Source: an uncultured archaeon
Lineage (GTDB): Archaea; Asgardarchaeota; Thorarchaeia; Thorarchaeales; Thorarchaeaceae
DNA length: 28,317 nucleotides
Direction: 5' to 3'
Assembly (NCBI GenBank): GCA_964631415.1
Contig: CAZVZC010000017.1
Span: forward strand, 9,249-37,565
Under the pieces are notes generated by a model. That model was given only the letters and a program-made list of their open reading frames with translations, did no database searches and had not been told where the DNA came from. Numbering within the stretch: position 1 is the first letter of the stretch; every line of letters starts with the position of its first letter. A program made the translations under genes and the position numbers. Shown one piece after another: positions 1 through 7,618 of this stretch.

Positions 1-295
1 AGACACGGCCCGTGTTGAGAAGGACAAGTGAGGGCTTTGTCGTTAGTTTCTATGCGTACGACCACGAGCTGTTGCAGCTCACTGACTGAACAGTCACAAT
101 GGAATCAGGTAGAGCACTTTTCGACTTAGTGAAGTTTCCAAGGCAGTAGAGAGAGCCCAAGCACGTGCTACTATTCCTTCGAGGCAACACTCCAGTCGCT
201 CGAGAGGAACCACCATTGAGAAGACCTTGGCGAAGCCCAAGTAAGAACATAATCACGAATGTGCGGCAACATCCAGCGGCAGACGTGGATGCATG

Positions 296-2110
296 TTAGT
301 CTTCCTCGCCCGCGAAGTAGGGGTCAAACGAACCGACCTCGAAACCGTTCTGGCGCAGCTTTGACGTCAGACTTAGGTCTCCACTCTTGCAGGCTAGAAA
401 CACCTGATTGTCCTTGAATCCCAGAACTGCATCAGGCAACTTTCCGAGAAGACTGGGGTCGCTTGCCATGGCCTCTTGGTAGGCGCCGGTCAGGGCTATC
501 AGAAAGTAAGACCCCTTCAGGGCTTCGACGGATGGAATGGGGATGCCTATCGCTGTCTCGCTCTTCGGCCCAGTCAGCGGCCGCCAGTCGCTTGTTATGA
601 GCTGAGCGCCATCGTTGTGTTCCCTACGCACGAAAGTGGAGATCTCGCCGTCGCTGTCGCAGGTCATGTCTACCAAACGAACCAAGGTTTCCGGCTGTCT
701 GTCGAGGCCTGTGATAGGTATGACGGGGAAGTGCTGGTTTACTAGTATGTGGTCAAGACAGCTGTTGAACACGCTGAAGTTGCCTAGGGCGATGACATCG
801 GGGTACATTGACCACTCTGGTGGGATGATGTCTGCAGTGCTCTGTCCGAACTCAACGATTCTTTTCCTGATGACCTCCTTCATGCAGGCCAAAACCTGCT
901 CCCGTTTTTCCAGTTCGTCGATGTTGCTGGCTGCACTTTCGACTTCCTTGCTGAAACGGGACCAGACCCTGAGTATGCCTGGAATGTCCTTCGCCTTCTG
1001 GACTGCCTTAGTCCATTTTGCGATCTGTTCGCTCGCTTTGGCCGTCAATGTGCCAGTAACGGGTGATGATCTCTTATGGCCAACGACCCTGACAAGAATC
1101 ATGGAACTATGAGCTGTGACTGCACGACCTGTTTCTGTCAATATGCTCGGCACCATGGTGAGGCCTAGATTGCCGCAAGCGGTACTCACCGTTTCGACAA
1201 CCGTCTTTGCGTACTTGTCAACCGTGATATCGTCATGACTCCCTTCGTAGTCGACTGGTAGTCCTCCACCTAGGTCAATCATCTTCAGGCCAGTCAGACC
1301 ACCATCTCTCTCAAGCCAGGAGTAGACCTTCATCACGAATATCGCGAGTTCGTGTACACTGCCAAGGTCAGTTACCTGTGACCCAATGTGTCCGTGGATC
1401 GAACAGACGTCTTTCTTCAGGTCATAGTTCCTGAGAACGTCAACCACTGCCTTCAAGTCATGGATCGTCAGACCGAACTTGGAGTGTCTGCCGCCTGAAG
1501 GCCCCCAGTGTCCGCTCGGTTCGACATATGGTATGACACGGATGCCGATAGGGATGCCGCCATGAGGGAAGCTTTTGCCAAGAAGATGAGCCTCCGGAAC
1601 GTTCTCGACGCACACGACCACGCTGTGGCCCGCGTCGTGGGCATCCTCAATCATCCTCATGTACTTCCTATCCTTGATACCATTGCAGACAATCAGCCTG
1701 GATTTGTCTTGGCCTAGGATGCTTCGGGCCATTAGAAACTCGGTCTTGGAACCCACTTCTACTCCGTACATCGGATCAGACGCTAGCACGGTTCTCACGA
1801 CGTCGTAGTGCTGGTTGACTTTCATCGGAAAGAGCGGAATGTACCGGCCGCGGTATGATGACTCTTTAATGGCGTCGCGAAACACTTTTGTCAGATTGGC
1901 GGCCCTTTCAGCCGCAAAGAGAGGAATCCTGAGAGTGAACGAGGAACAGTCTGCCTGACTGCTCTTCACGAACCTTTCAACGATGCTGGAGAGCGACACT
2001 TGCGTGTTACCGATGCGCAGGCAGAGCCGTCCCTGATTGTCTATGTCCAGAATATACAGATCACTGCGACCTATCCCATAGATGTACTTGCTCTGCTCTA
2101 TCGACCACAA
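296..2110 (-). CDS. speA: Biosynthetic PLP-dependent arginine decarboxylase (fold type III)
   Basis: SpeA motifs in the correct order: FPMKVNQ (PLP lysine, cf. YPIKVNQ), GVEVGSKTE, CNGIKD, GHWGPSGGRHSKFGL, HGHIGSQ, DLGGGLPVDYEG, TETGRAVTAH, NFSVFNSCLD, FPVIPITGLD, DMTCDSDG, GAYQE. TTG start. Confidence 0.95.
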   Translation of the reverse strand: MWSIEQSKYIYGIGRSDLYILDIDNQGRLCLRIGNTQVSLSSIVERFVKSSQADCSSFTLRIPLFAAERAANLTKVFRDAIKESSYRGRYIPLFPMKVNQHYDVVRTVLASDPMYGVEVGSKTEFLMARSILGQDKSRLIVCNGIKDRKYMRMIEDAHDAGHSVVVCVENVPEAHLLGKSFPHGGIPIGIRVIPYVEPSGHWGPSGGRHSKFGLTIHDLKAVVDVLRNYDLKKDVCSIHGHIGSQVTDLGSVHELAIFVMKVYSWLERDGGLTGLKMIDLGGGLPVDYEGSHDDITVDKYAKTVVETVSTACGNLGLTMVPSILTETGRAVTAHSSMILVRVVGHKRSSPVTGTLTAKASEQIAKWTKAVQKAKDIPGILRVWSRFSKEVESAASNIDELEKREQVLACMKEVIRKRIVEFGQSTADIIPPEWSMYPDVIALGNFSVFNSCLDHILVNQHFPVIPITGLDRQPETLVRLVDMTCDSDGEISTFVRREHNDGAQLITSDWRPLTGPKSETAIGIPIPSVEALKGSYFLIALTGAYQEAMASDPSLLGKLPDAVLGFKDNQVFLACKSGDLSLTSKLRQNGFEVGSFDPYFAGEED

Positions 2111-2272
2111 TGTCCGTTGTCCATCTCTCAGAAAGTTGTCCTCTACATGGTTTTGGAGGTTTTGTCTTCGAAGTTCTATACTGACCCGTCGCTACTACCT
2201 TATCACCATTCTTAGTCGGCACCCAATATGGCACGTCCTGTGGGCTACGTAGATGCTAGTGAACAAAGAGGA

Positions 2273-2354
2273 GCAGGTTGGATTATGCCTTCCTAGCGGA
2301 GGAGAAATCTCCCCAGTCACACTGGTTCCGCAAGAGATGGCATCCTCAACCTGC
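2273..2354. promoter_or_regulatory. Candidate structured RNA element (three-way junction on a long stem) upstream of speA
   Basis: Nested complementarity: GCAGGTTG 2273-2280/CAACCTGC 2347-2354; ATGCC 2285-2289/GGCAT 2339-2343; GCGGA 2296-2300/TCCGC 2327-2331. These close two hairpins, GGAG-aaat-CTCC and CCAGT-cac-ACTGG. No known family recognised. Confidence 0.35.
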
Positions 2355-2404
2355 AAGATTCTGAACTCGATTCAGGGGAGGCTTCAGCGGCCCCCGCTTC
2401 CGCT

Positions 2405-2614
2405 CTACTTGAGAGCACCGATAATCAACAGGAGGAAGCCGAACCCTATCAGGCCCAACATGAGCTCTGAGAACTCATATGTGCCTACCATCAAGGTGTA
2501 GTACCCAAGGTAGAAGTAAGCGGCGTATGCCGCATACCCTACCATGGACAGGATTATCGGCAGGATTCCAATGATTATCAGGAGTAACCCAAAACAGGCA
2601 AGAGCTTTTCCCAT
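2405..2614 (-). CDS. Small two-TM membrane protein, unknown function
   Basis: 69 aa with two hydrophobic segments and an aromatic loop. ATG start preceded by GGAGATGA RBS and an AT-rich TATA-like box about 50 nt upstream. Confidence 0.7.
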   Translation of the reverse strand: MGKALACFGLLLIIIGILPIILSMVGYAAYAAYFYLGYYTLMVGTYEFSELMLGLIGFGFLLLIIGALK

Positions 2615-2832
2615 TTCGATATCATCTCCACAACGGCTCCCTACTCTGTGACTTCCGGGTATTTTAACTATTCCAGCGTGAATGCCGCATTCTGCCTCGA
2701 GATTAGCCGTATGTATGAGGAAGATACGTCTTGGTATGTGATGGCTGCGGGAAGCATGGCCAGTTGTGGGAATTCTTCAAGGGAGTGCTTGGGCCCGCGG
2801 CCAGGTCGGTTTCTGAGAGTTCTTTGGTGGCG

Positions 2833-3804
2833 CTATCTCACAATTCTCCCGGGCAGAATGTATGGGTAATACCTTCTCAGCACCTTGCTGCTGACGAACC
2901 TGTGCACTCTCCTGAGCCTGAGGTAAAGCCTCCATGTCGAGGCGTCACTGTCGTAGTAGCGCTTGACCTCGCCAGGTGTGAGTGGGGCCAGATGCTCTGT
3001 GGCTGCTTCGTTCCTGAAGAACTCGTTGGTGACGTCGATGAGCCCAGGTACTAAGTCGCTTCGCTGTTCCTTCAGGAAGTTCGCAACCAGATCAAGGCAA
3101 ACGCGGCGAAGGTCGTAGTATCTATCAAGTATGTCCTGCAGGTAGAACCTCTTGAGAACCCATCTCATCACAGGAGGCGTCGGTTTCAGGAAGAGGAGCG
3201 CATCAAGCAGTTCCTTTCCATTTTCCCGCATTAAGGGGGTGCTCGTGTCGAGGTACTCGAGTCTCGTGTCGCGGCCAATGCTGGGGTTGTTCGGGTTCAT
3301 TTCCTGCACTGACCAGTTGGACACTTGTCCATCGATAGCCACCTCAAGCTTGCCTCTATGTTTGCTGTTGAACTTCCAGACCTTGTTCAGTTCTCTGAGC
3401 ACGTTGCGAGCAAGTGAGAAGCATTCGTCGTTTGAAACCTTGTGAATCACCTTGTTGCCGATCGCGTCTGGGAGCTGCTTCTCTTGGTAGAGGTACAGAA
3501 CAATCCTTCCACTGTGTGTGACAATATGCGTCGCCCCATACTCAGGTATTTGCAGTCCGATCTTCATGAGCTGCTCGTTGTATCTCTCATATAGGCTCTC
3601 GTAGTTCTCGACCTGTGCCACCGTGTCGAACAGAGGCATTCTCTTGAACGCGATGTCCGCTTGTTCTCCTTGCAGAATCTCGAACACTGTGCTGATCTCG
3701 CCGTAACCTAACACCTTCGCAGGCATGGACGACTCCTCAGGTCTGGACGGATCGAGTTGCTCCTCAAACGCCTTCAGCAGATCGTCGTCAACAAGTATTG
3801 TCAC
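2833..3804 (-). CDS. DUF6206-like protein with protein-kinase-like/phosphotransferase motifs
   Basis: 323 aa. VLGYGEIS (Gly-rich loop), IAFKR (VAIK-like Lys), IDGQVSNW (catalytic D-x4-N), YLDTS (DFG-like Asp). GTG start with GGAGGT RBS overlapping the upstream stop, so it is operonic with the aminotransferase. The family name is from recall. Confidence 0.8.
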   Translation of the reverse strand: MTILVDDDLLKAFEEQLDPSRPEESSMPAKVLGYGEISTVFEILQGEQADIAFKRMPLFDTVAQVENYESLYERYNEQLMKIGLQIPEYGATHIVTHSGRIVLYLYQEKQLPDAIGNKVIHKVSNDECFSLARNVLRELNKVWKFNSKHRGKLEVAIDGQVSNWSVQEMNPNNPSIGRDTRLEYLDTSTPLMRENGKELLDALLFLKPTPPVMRWVLKRFYLQDILDRYYDLRRVCLDLVANFLKEQRSDLVPGLIDVTNEFFRNEAATEHLAPLTPGEVKRYYDSDASTWRLYLRLRRVHRFVSSKVLRRYYPYILPGRIVR

Positions 3805-3816
3805 TTAATATACCTC

Positions 3817-5100
3817 CTATGCTACCAGTGCTCTTGCGAGCTCAAGATACTTGGGGTTGTTCCTTGCCCACGAATATGCCCTGTTGAGGCTCCTGAACAT
3901 GTATGATGTTTCCGCATCACTAATAGTCAGTGGCGGCAGAAACTGTAGCACGGATTTGTCGTTCTCAGCATATACTGCGAACAGTCCATTGTTGTAGCAG
4001 GCTATGCTCATGAGCGGCCCATATCCCACGTCATTCATCTTAAGACCGATGAACAGACCGAGCTGTCGCACCTCGGTGAGGATATCTGAAAACTGCCGAC
4101 GCAGTTCATCAAGTCCGTTCTCGACTTTGGCTGCCAAGATGTTGACACGGCTGAGGAACGGTTTTGAAGAGGAGATATCGAGAACTCTCTCCGCAACAGG
4201 ACACCCAAGCTCGGCCCCTCCAAAGGTTGACACGTGTATGAACGGATTCTCATGCATGAATGAGTCCAGTTCCTCTCGATAGCACGTCGCCGACATCGGA
4301 TAGAGACCTCCAGAGAGTCCCTTGCCAATCGTAAAGATGTCAGGCGTGATGCCGTAGTGCTGGAACGCCCATAGCTTCCCTGTCCTCCCCAAACCTGTTT
4401 GTATCTCATCTAGTATCAGGAGGACGCCCTTCATGTCACATAACTCCCTCACCGCCTTGTAGAATCCATCAGGAGGAATGGGCATGCCAAGGGTTGCTGG
4501 GATCGTTTCGAATAACACTGCGGCAGTCTGCTCGTCAATCACCTTGGAAACCGCCTCAGTGTCACCAAATGGCACTTCGACGAAACCGGGTGCCAGAGGC
4601 TCGAACGGCCTCTTGAAGTGGTCTGCTCCAGCGGCAAGTGCGAGTCCGGTGTGCCCGTGATATCCTCCAGATGCATAGACAATCTTCTGCCGCCTTGTAT
4701 GAGCCCGCGCGAGCTTTATGGCGAAGTCAACTGCTTCTCCGCCACTCACACCAAACACAACTCGACTCAGACCTAGCGGGTTTACCTTGGCAATCTTCTT
4801 GCCAAGTCTTGCTCTTTGCTCACTGATGAGATGATGGTTCCCAATGTCGAGTTCTCTCAGGGCATCCATCATAACACGGATCAGTACTGGATTACGGTGC
4901 CCAAGGTTGAACACCCCTCCGTTGCAATGACAGTTGAGGAGCTTGGTCTTGCCGGATACATCATACATCCACGAGCCTCTTCTCTTGCCCATGACAAAGT
5001 CAAGGTCGACCGCAGTATAGAAGTCCACCTTGCCTGATGATACATGAGAGGCAAAGTTCCTGATAATGCTCTTCTTCGAATCCTTACCCACGAAAGACAT
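3817..5100 (-). CDS. Class-III PLP aminotransferase (putrescine/acetylornithine aminotransferase-like)
   Basis: FNLGHRNP, SGGEAVDFAIKLAR, YHGHT, DEIQTGLGRTG, GKGLSGG (PLP Lys) and NPFIHVSTFGG (PatA-like). ATG at 5100 has a GGGAG RBS. The ORF track extends to an alternative ATG at 5127. Confidence 0.92.
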   Translation of the reverse strand: MSFVGKDSKKSIIRNFASHVSSGKVDFYTAVDLDFVMGKRRGSWMYDVSGKTKLLNCHCNGGVFNLGHRNPVLIRVMMDALRELDIGNHHLISEQRARLGKKIAKVNPLGLSRVVFGVSGGEAVDFAIKLARAHTRRQKIVYASGGYHGHTGLALAAGADHFKRPFEPLAPGFVEVPFGDTEAVSKVIDEQTAAVLFETIPATLGMPIPPDGFYKAVRELCDMKGVLLILDEIQTGLGRTGKLWAFQHYGITPDIFTIGKGLSGGLYPMSATCYREELDSFMHENPFIHVSTFGGAELGCPVAERVLDISSSKPFLSRVNILAAKVENGLDELRRQFSDILTEVRQLGLFIGLKMNDVGYGPLMSIACYNNGLFAVYAENDKSVLQFLPPLTISDAETSYMFRSLNRAYSWARNNPKYLELARALVA

Positions 5101-5638
5101 TGCTGTCGGCTCCCGGAAACACCACATCGCCGCTCTGCAGATGAGGGGATGTGTACTATTCAGGCAGACCTAGATTGAAGGCCCTCTTCTCTTATGAACG
5201 TGGTCCCACCCTTTTCTGCTATGACCGTTTCTCTCCGGGACCGCTTGTTCTGTGCTCGGACTCATGACAACCGTTCTGCAGTTGTCGCTCGGGAAGTGCA
5301 GACTCCTGTACCTTTCAGGTCACCAATAGTGACTATGCGCTTTATTAGGAGCCCAAAGCAGAGTATCCAGACTCATTAACATAGGGTCACATCTATTGAG
5401 CCATTACTCTCGTAATAGAAAGTGATGCAGCCTTCGCGTAACCAAGACAAGAGCATAAGTTGTCTTGCGTTATGGTCTTCTCAGTACATCGCCAAAGGTG
5501 CGACGGATGCGAGGCGAGGAATTGCTGGATAGAAATCACAAGAAACACCCCTATGCAGAATCCAGGAAGAAGAGCCAAGGCGATCTCAACGGTCTGCTCA
5601 TGTTCCTTAGCAACTTGGGTGTCATTATCTGAAGATTC

Positions 5639-5723
5639 AGTCCCGGCACAACCCGGCCCTTAGTTTCTGCTTTGGTCTCTGGGGAGGGTCAGCCGTTGGG
5701 TCCGTAGGCCGGGTCCCGGGACT
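5639..5723 (-). other. GC-rich two-tier stem with a large loop in the non-coding region between the peptide gene and the aminotransferase
   Basis: AGTCCCGG 5639-5646/CCGGGACT 5716-5723 and ACCCGGCC 5651-5658/GGCCGGGT 5707-5714. Both pairs flanking the inner stem are G-U only on the minus strand. Confidence 0.4.
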
Positions 5724-5803
5724 CCCGAGCACCACAAATCCACATTGTTGACACCATGCCTCTTTGCGTGCGAAAATCAGCATTGGCCTAAGCCATGGAT
5801 GGT

Positions 5804-5847
5804 GGCAGAGTGTATCCCCGTCTCATAAGGCGGTTGGACACTCTGCC
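5804..5847 (-). terminator. Strong hairpin just downstream of the repeat-peptide stop codon (terminator/attenuator or 3' stability stem)
   Basis: Perfect 10-bp stem GGCAGAGTGT 5804-5813/ACACTCTGCC 5838-5847 with an additional inner stem, 22 nt after the TAG at 5870. No clear U-tract. Confidence 0.4.
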
Positions 5848-5869
5848 TGTGTACAGCTTGGTTGTTCCT

Positions 5870-6004
5870 CTAGAATAGCCAAGGCTCATTGGGAGGGTCT
5901 GCTGGAAACAGACACTGCCATGGCTCATTCGGAGGATCAGCTGGGAACAGACACTGCCAAGGTTCGTTTGGCGGGTCTGCAGGAAATGCTTGTGTTGTCT
6001 TCAT
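5870..6004 (-). CDS. 44-aa tandem-repeat peptide MKTTQA-FPADPPNEPWQCL-FPADPPNEPWQCL-FPADPPNEPWLF (not in the ORF track)
   Basis: ATG at 6004, TAG at 5872-5870, GGTGA RBS at 6018-6014. All nucleotide differences between the three 10-codon cores are synonymous in this frame: copies 1 and 2 differ in 9 of 10 codons with no amino-acid change. Confidence 0.88.
   Translation of the reverse strand: MKTTQAFPADPPNEPWQCLFPADPPNEPWQCLFPADPPNEPWLF
5879..5986. repeat. 39-bp tandem repeat, about 2.8 copies
   Basis: Period-39 repeats (for example ggctcattgggagggtctgctggaaacagacactgccat) with variation only at every third base. Confidence 0.95.
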
Positions 6005-6284
6005 GGTGTTTGTTCACCGAAAGCATACTGTCGGTGAGGCTCGAAGCACTCCTGAAGCAAGACCAAGGCAGTCCACGACTGTCTGAGTGAAGTAATATAC
6101 CAATCCATGACCTCAGTCTCGTGGGAGTTCAAAAGGAGCGATACGACTAGCTCGTCAGAGATGGTTCTCCGTCTGCCTTTATGATTCGCGACTCTCTCGC
6201 CGCCATGGTCCCTACTGCGCATCTATGTGGAGTGAAATGAATGCACGACCCAAAGCTTGACACTAATAGAGGCTAGCACGCCCG

Positions 6285-7040
6285 CTAGAACAGGATCGAG
6301 AGACACGTCAGCGCCCCTTCACACTTCTCGAACTCGCTAACGTCCAAACGTGTGACCTCATAACCTGCATCGGTGATCATCTCTGCAGTCCGGTCGAATC
6401 CTGCAGGCATGATGACGGCATTTCCTATGGTAAGGGTGTTAGCCGCGTACCCCTCATTGTCATCGACAATCAGCAACTCGTACCCTTCAAGTGCAGGGTG
6501 GTCTGCATAGCTCTTCCTGCAGACCATTGTCTTTCCGCTCAAGTAGGTGACATGGCTTTTGAGGTGCACAATGTACGGGTCCCTGATTGCATCGACTTGG
6601 ACCTTGAACCAGTCACTCATCTGGAAGACGCCCTTAACATTCGTCCGCTGTGAAACCCCGCTGATGAGCTTGTCGGGAAGATGAATCACATCGCCCCCTT
6701 CTAGGGTCCCAGGCTCGCTCACTCTGCGAACAGGAAGATACTGACCGAGGAGTGACTCAACTGTGTCCTCCTCCCCTTGTCTGCTCTTCGCCGCCATCCT
6801 TGCGATCAGGGCCCTGCTGTTGTGTATGACAGCAGTGTCCTCAACGAAGCATGAGTCGGGGTAAGCATCCTCAGCTTTCATTGTGAGCAGCTCAAGACCG
6901 AGCTCCTTGAGTGTGGTGCAGTAGGCACGATGTTGCTCCATGGCTTTCTTCGCACTCGCAGTGCTGTGCAATGGATGAGAGGAGATACAGCGTGGGAAGC
7001 TGCGGCTTGGAGGGCGCACAATTGCTCTCTTGGGTGCCAT
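6285..7040 (-). CDS. Dimethylarginine dimethylaminohydrolase (DDAH)/amidinotransferase-superfamily hydrolase
   Basis: YPDSCFVEDTAV, RQGEE, LEGGDV, RTN, HLKS, YAAN, SEFEKCEGALTCLS. The Glu-His-Cys catalytic residues are present, and 251 aa is typical DDAH length. Confidence 0.92.
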   Translation of the reverse strand: MAPKRAIVRPPSRSFPRCISSHPLHSTASAKKAMEQHRAYCTTLKELGLELLTMKAEDAYPDSCFVEDTAVIHNSRALIARMAAKSRQGEEDTVESLLGQYLPVRRVSEPGTLEGGDVIHLPDKLISGVSQRTNVKGVFQMSDWFKVQVDAIRDPYIVHLKSHVTYLSGKTMVCRKSYADHPALEGYELLIVDDNEGYAANTLTIGNAVIMPAGFDRTAEMITDAGYEVTRLDVSEFEKCEGALTCLSILF

Positions 7041-7348
7041 AGCGAAGGCGACCCTCGAATGAACCTAATCAGTCTATCGCACACATTTGCACAGGGCCGA
7101 CCTACTCACGCAAACCTGTGATGTGCATTCTGTTAGAACACGTGTTCCAACGAATCCCCGCGAGAACGAGAAGAGCAACTGTAATAGGCGCGACCGATTC
7201 TCGGAACTCCGATGAACACGAAGAGGCTTCTATGGTGGCTGCTAGCCTGTACAAGAGGAGGCTCCAACAGGGCTAGGATCATCGATATTCGGACCAGACA
7301 ATCGTTGCTGTCTTGGGGACCATGAAGTGAGCCGCAGTCTGGCTCCGG

Positions 7349-7618
7349 CTACCCCCGTTCATACACCACGCCCTTTCCACCAGAGGGATAATGGAAGTCG
7401 ATGGCGTCCGCTTCGCACACCTGATAACAGGCTCCACACTCCACACACCTTGACTTGTAGTCATCAGCAATGTACGCTTTATTGCCTTTCTTTTTCCAGA
7501 GCCCCATTGTACATACTACCAGACATCGTCCGCACATATTGCACTTTGCCGAGTCGATCTTGATGAAGTCAGTGGACCCTGGGATTCTTGTGACCAACGA
7601 ATCGATGCTTGCTCTCAA
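7349..7618 (-). CDS. 2x[4Fe-4S] ferredoxin, FixX-like
   Basis: CNMCGRCLVVC and CVECGACYQVC, with the FixX-like tail YPSGGKGVVYERG. TTG start overlaps the upstream stop (TTGA). Confidence 0.93.
   Translation of the reverse strand: MRASIDSLVTRIPGSTDFIKIDSAKCNMCGRCLVVCTMGLWKKKGNKAYIADDYKSRCVECGACYQVCEADAIDFHYPSGGKGVVYERG

Noticed and set aside
50-256. Short ORFs in intergenic regions (50-256, 5194-5663, 23889-24459, 25068-25429)
   Set aside because: No RBS, motif or compositional support.
5660-5705. Hammerhead ribozyme (CUGA...GAAA on the minus strand)
   Set aside because: The core reads CUGACCC rather than CUGANGA, and stem II is missing.
5879-5986. 39-bp repeats as a mini CRISPR array
   Set aside because: There are no unique spacers, the variation is codon-periodic, and there are no cas genes.
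5889-6086. Plus-strand ORF with GSFGGSAGNRHC repeats (and the overlapping 5764-6090 ORF)
   Set aside because: Antisense shadow of the real gene. In this frame the repeat copies carry replacements (L/F, H/Q), whereas the minus-strand frame has none and has an ATG plus RBS.
6001-6222. 73-aa minus ORF whose stop overlaps the peptide start (ATGA)
   Set aside because: No recognisable motif or coding signature, so the overlap may be chance. It cannot be supported without homologues.
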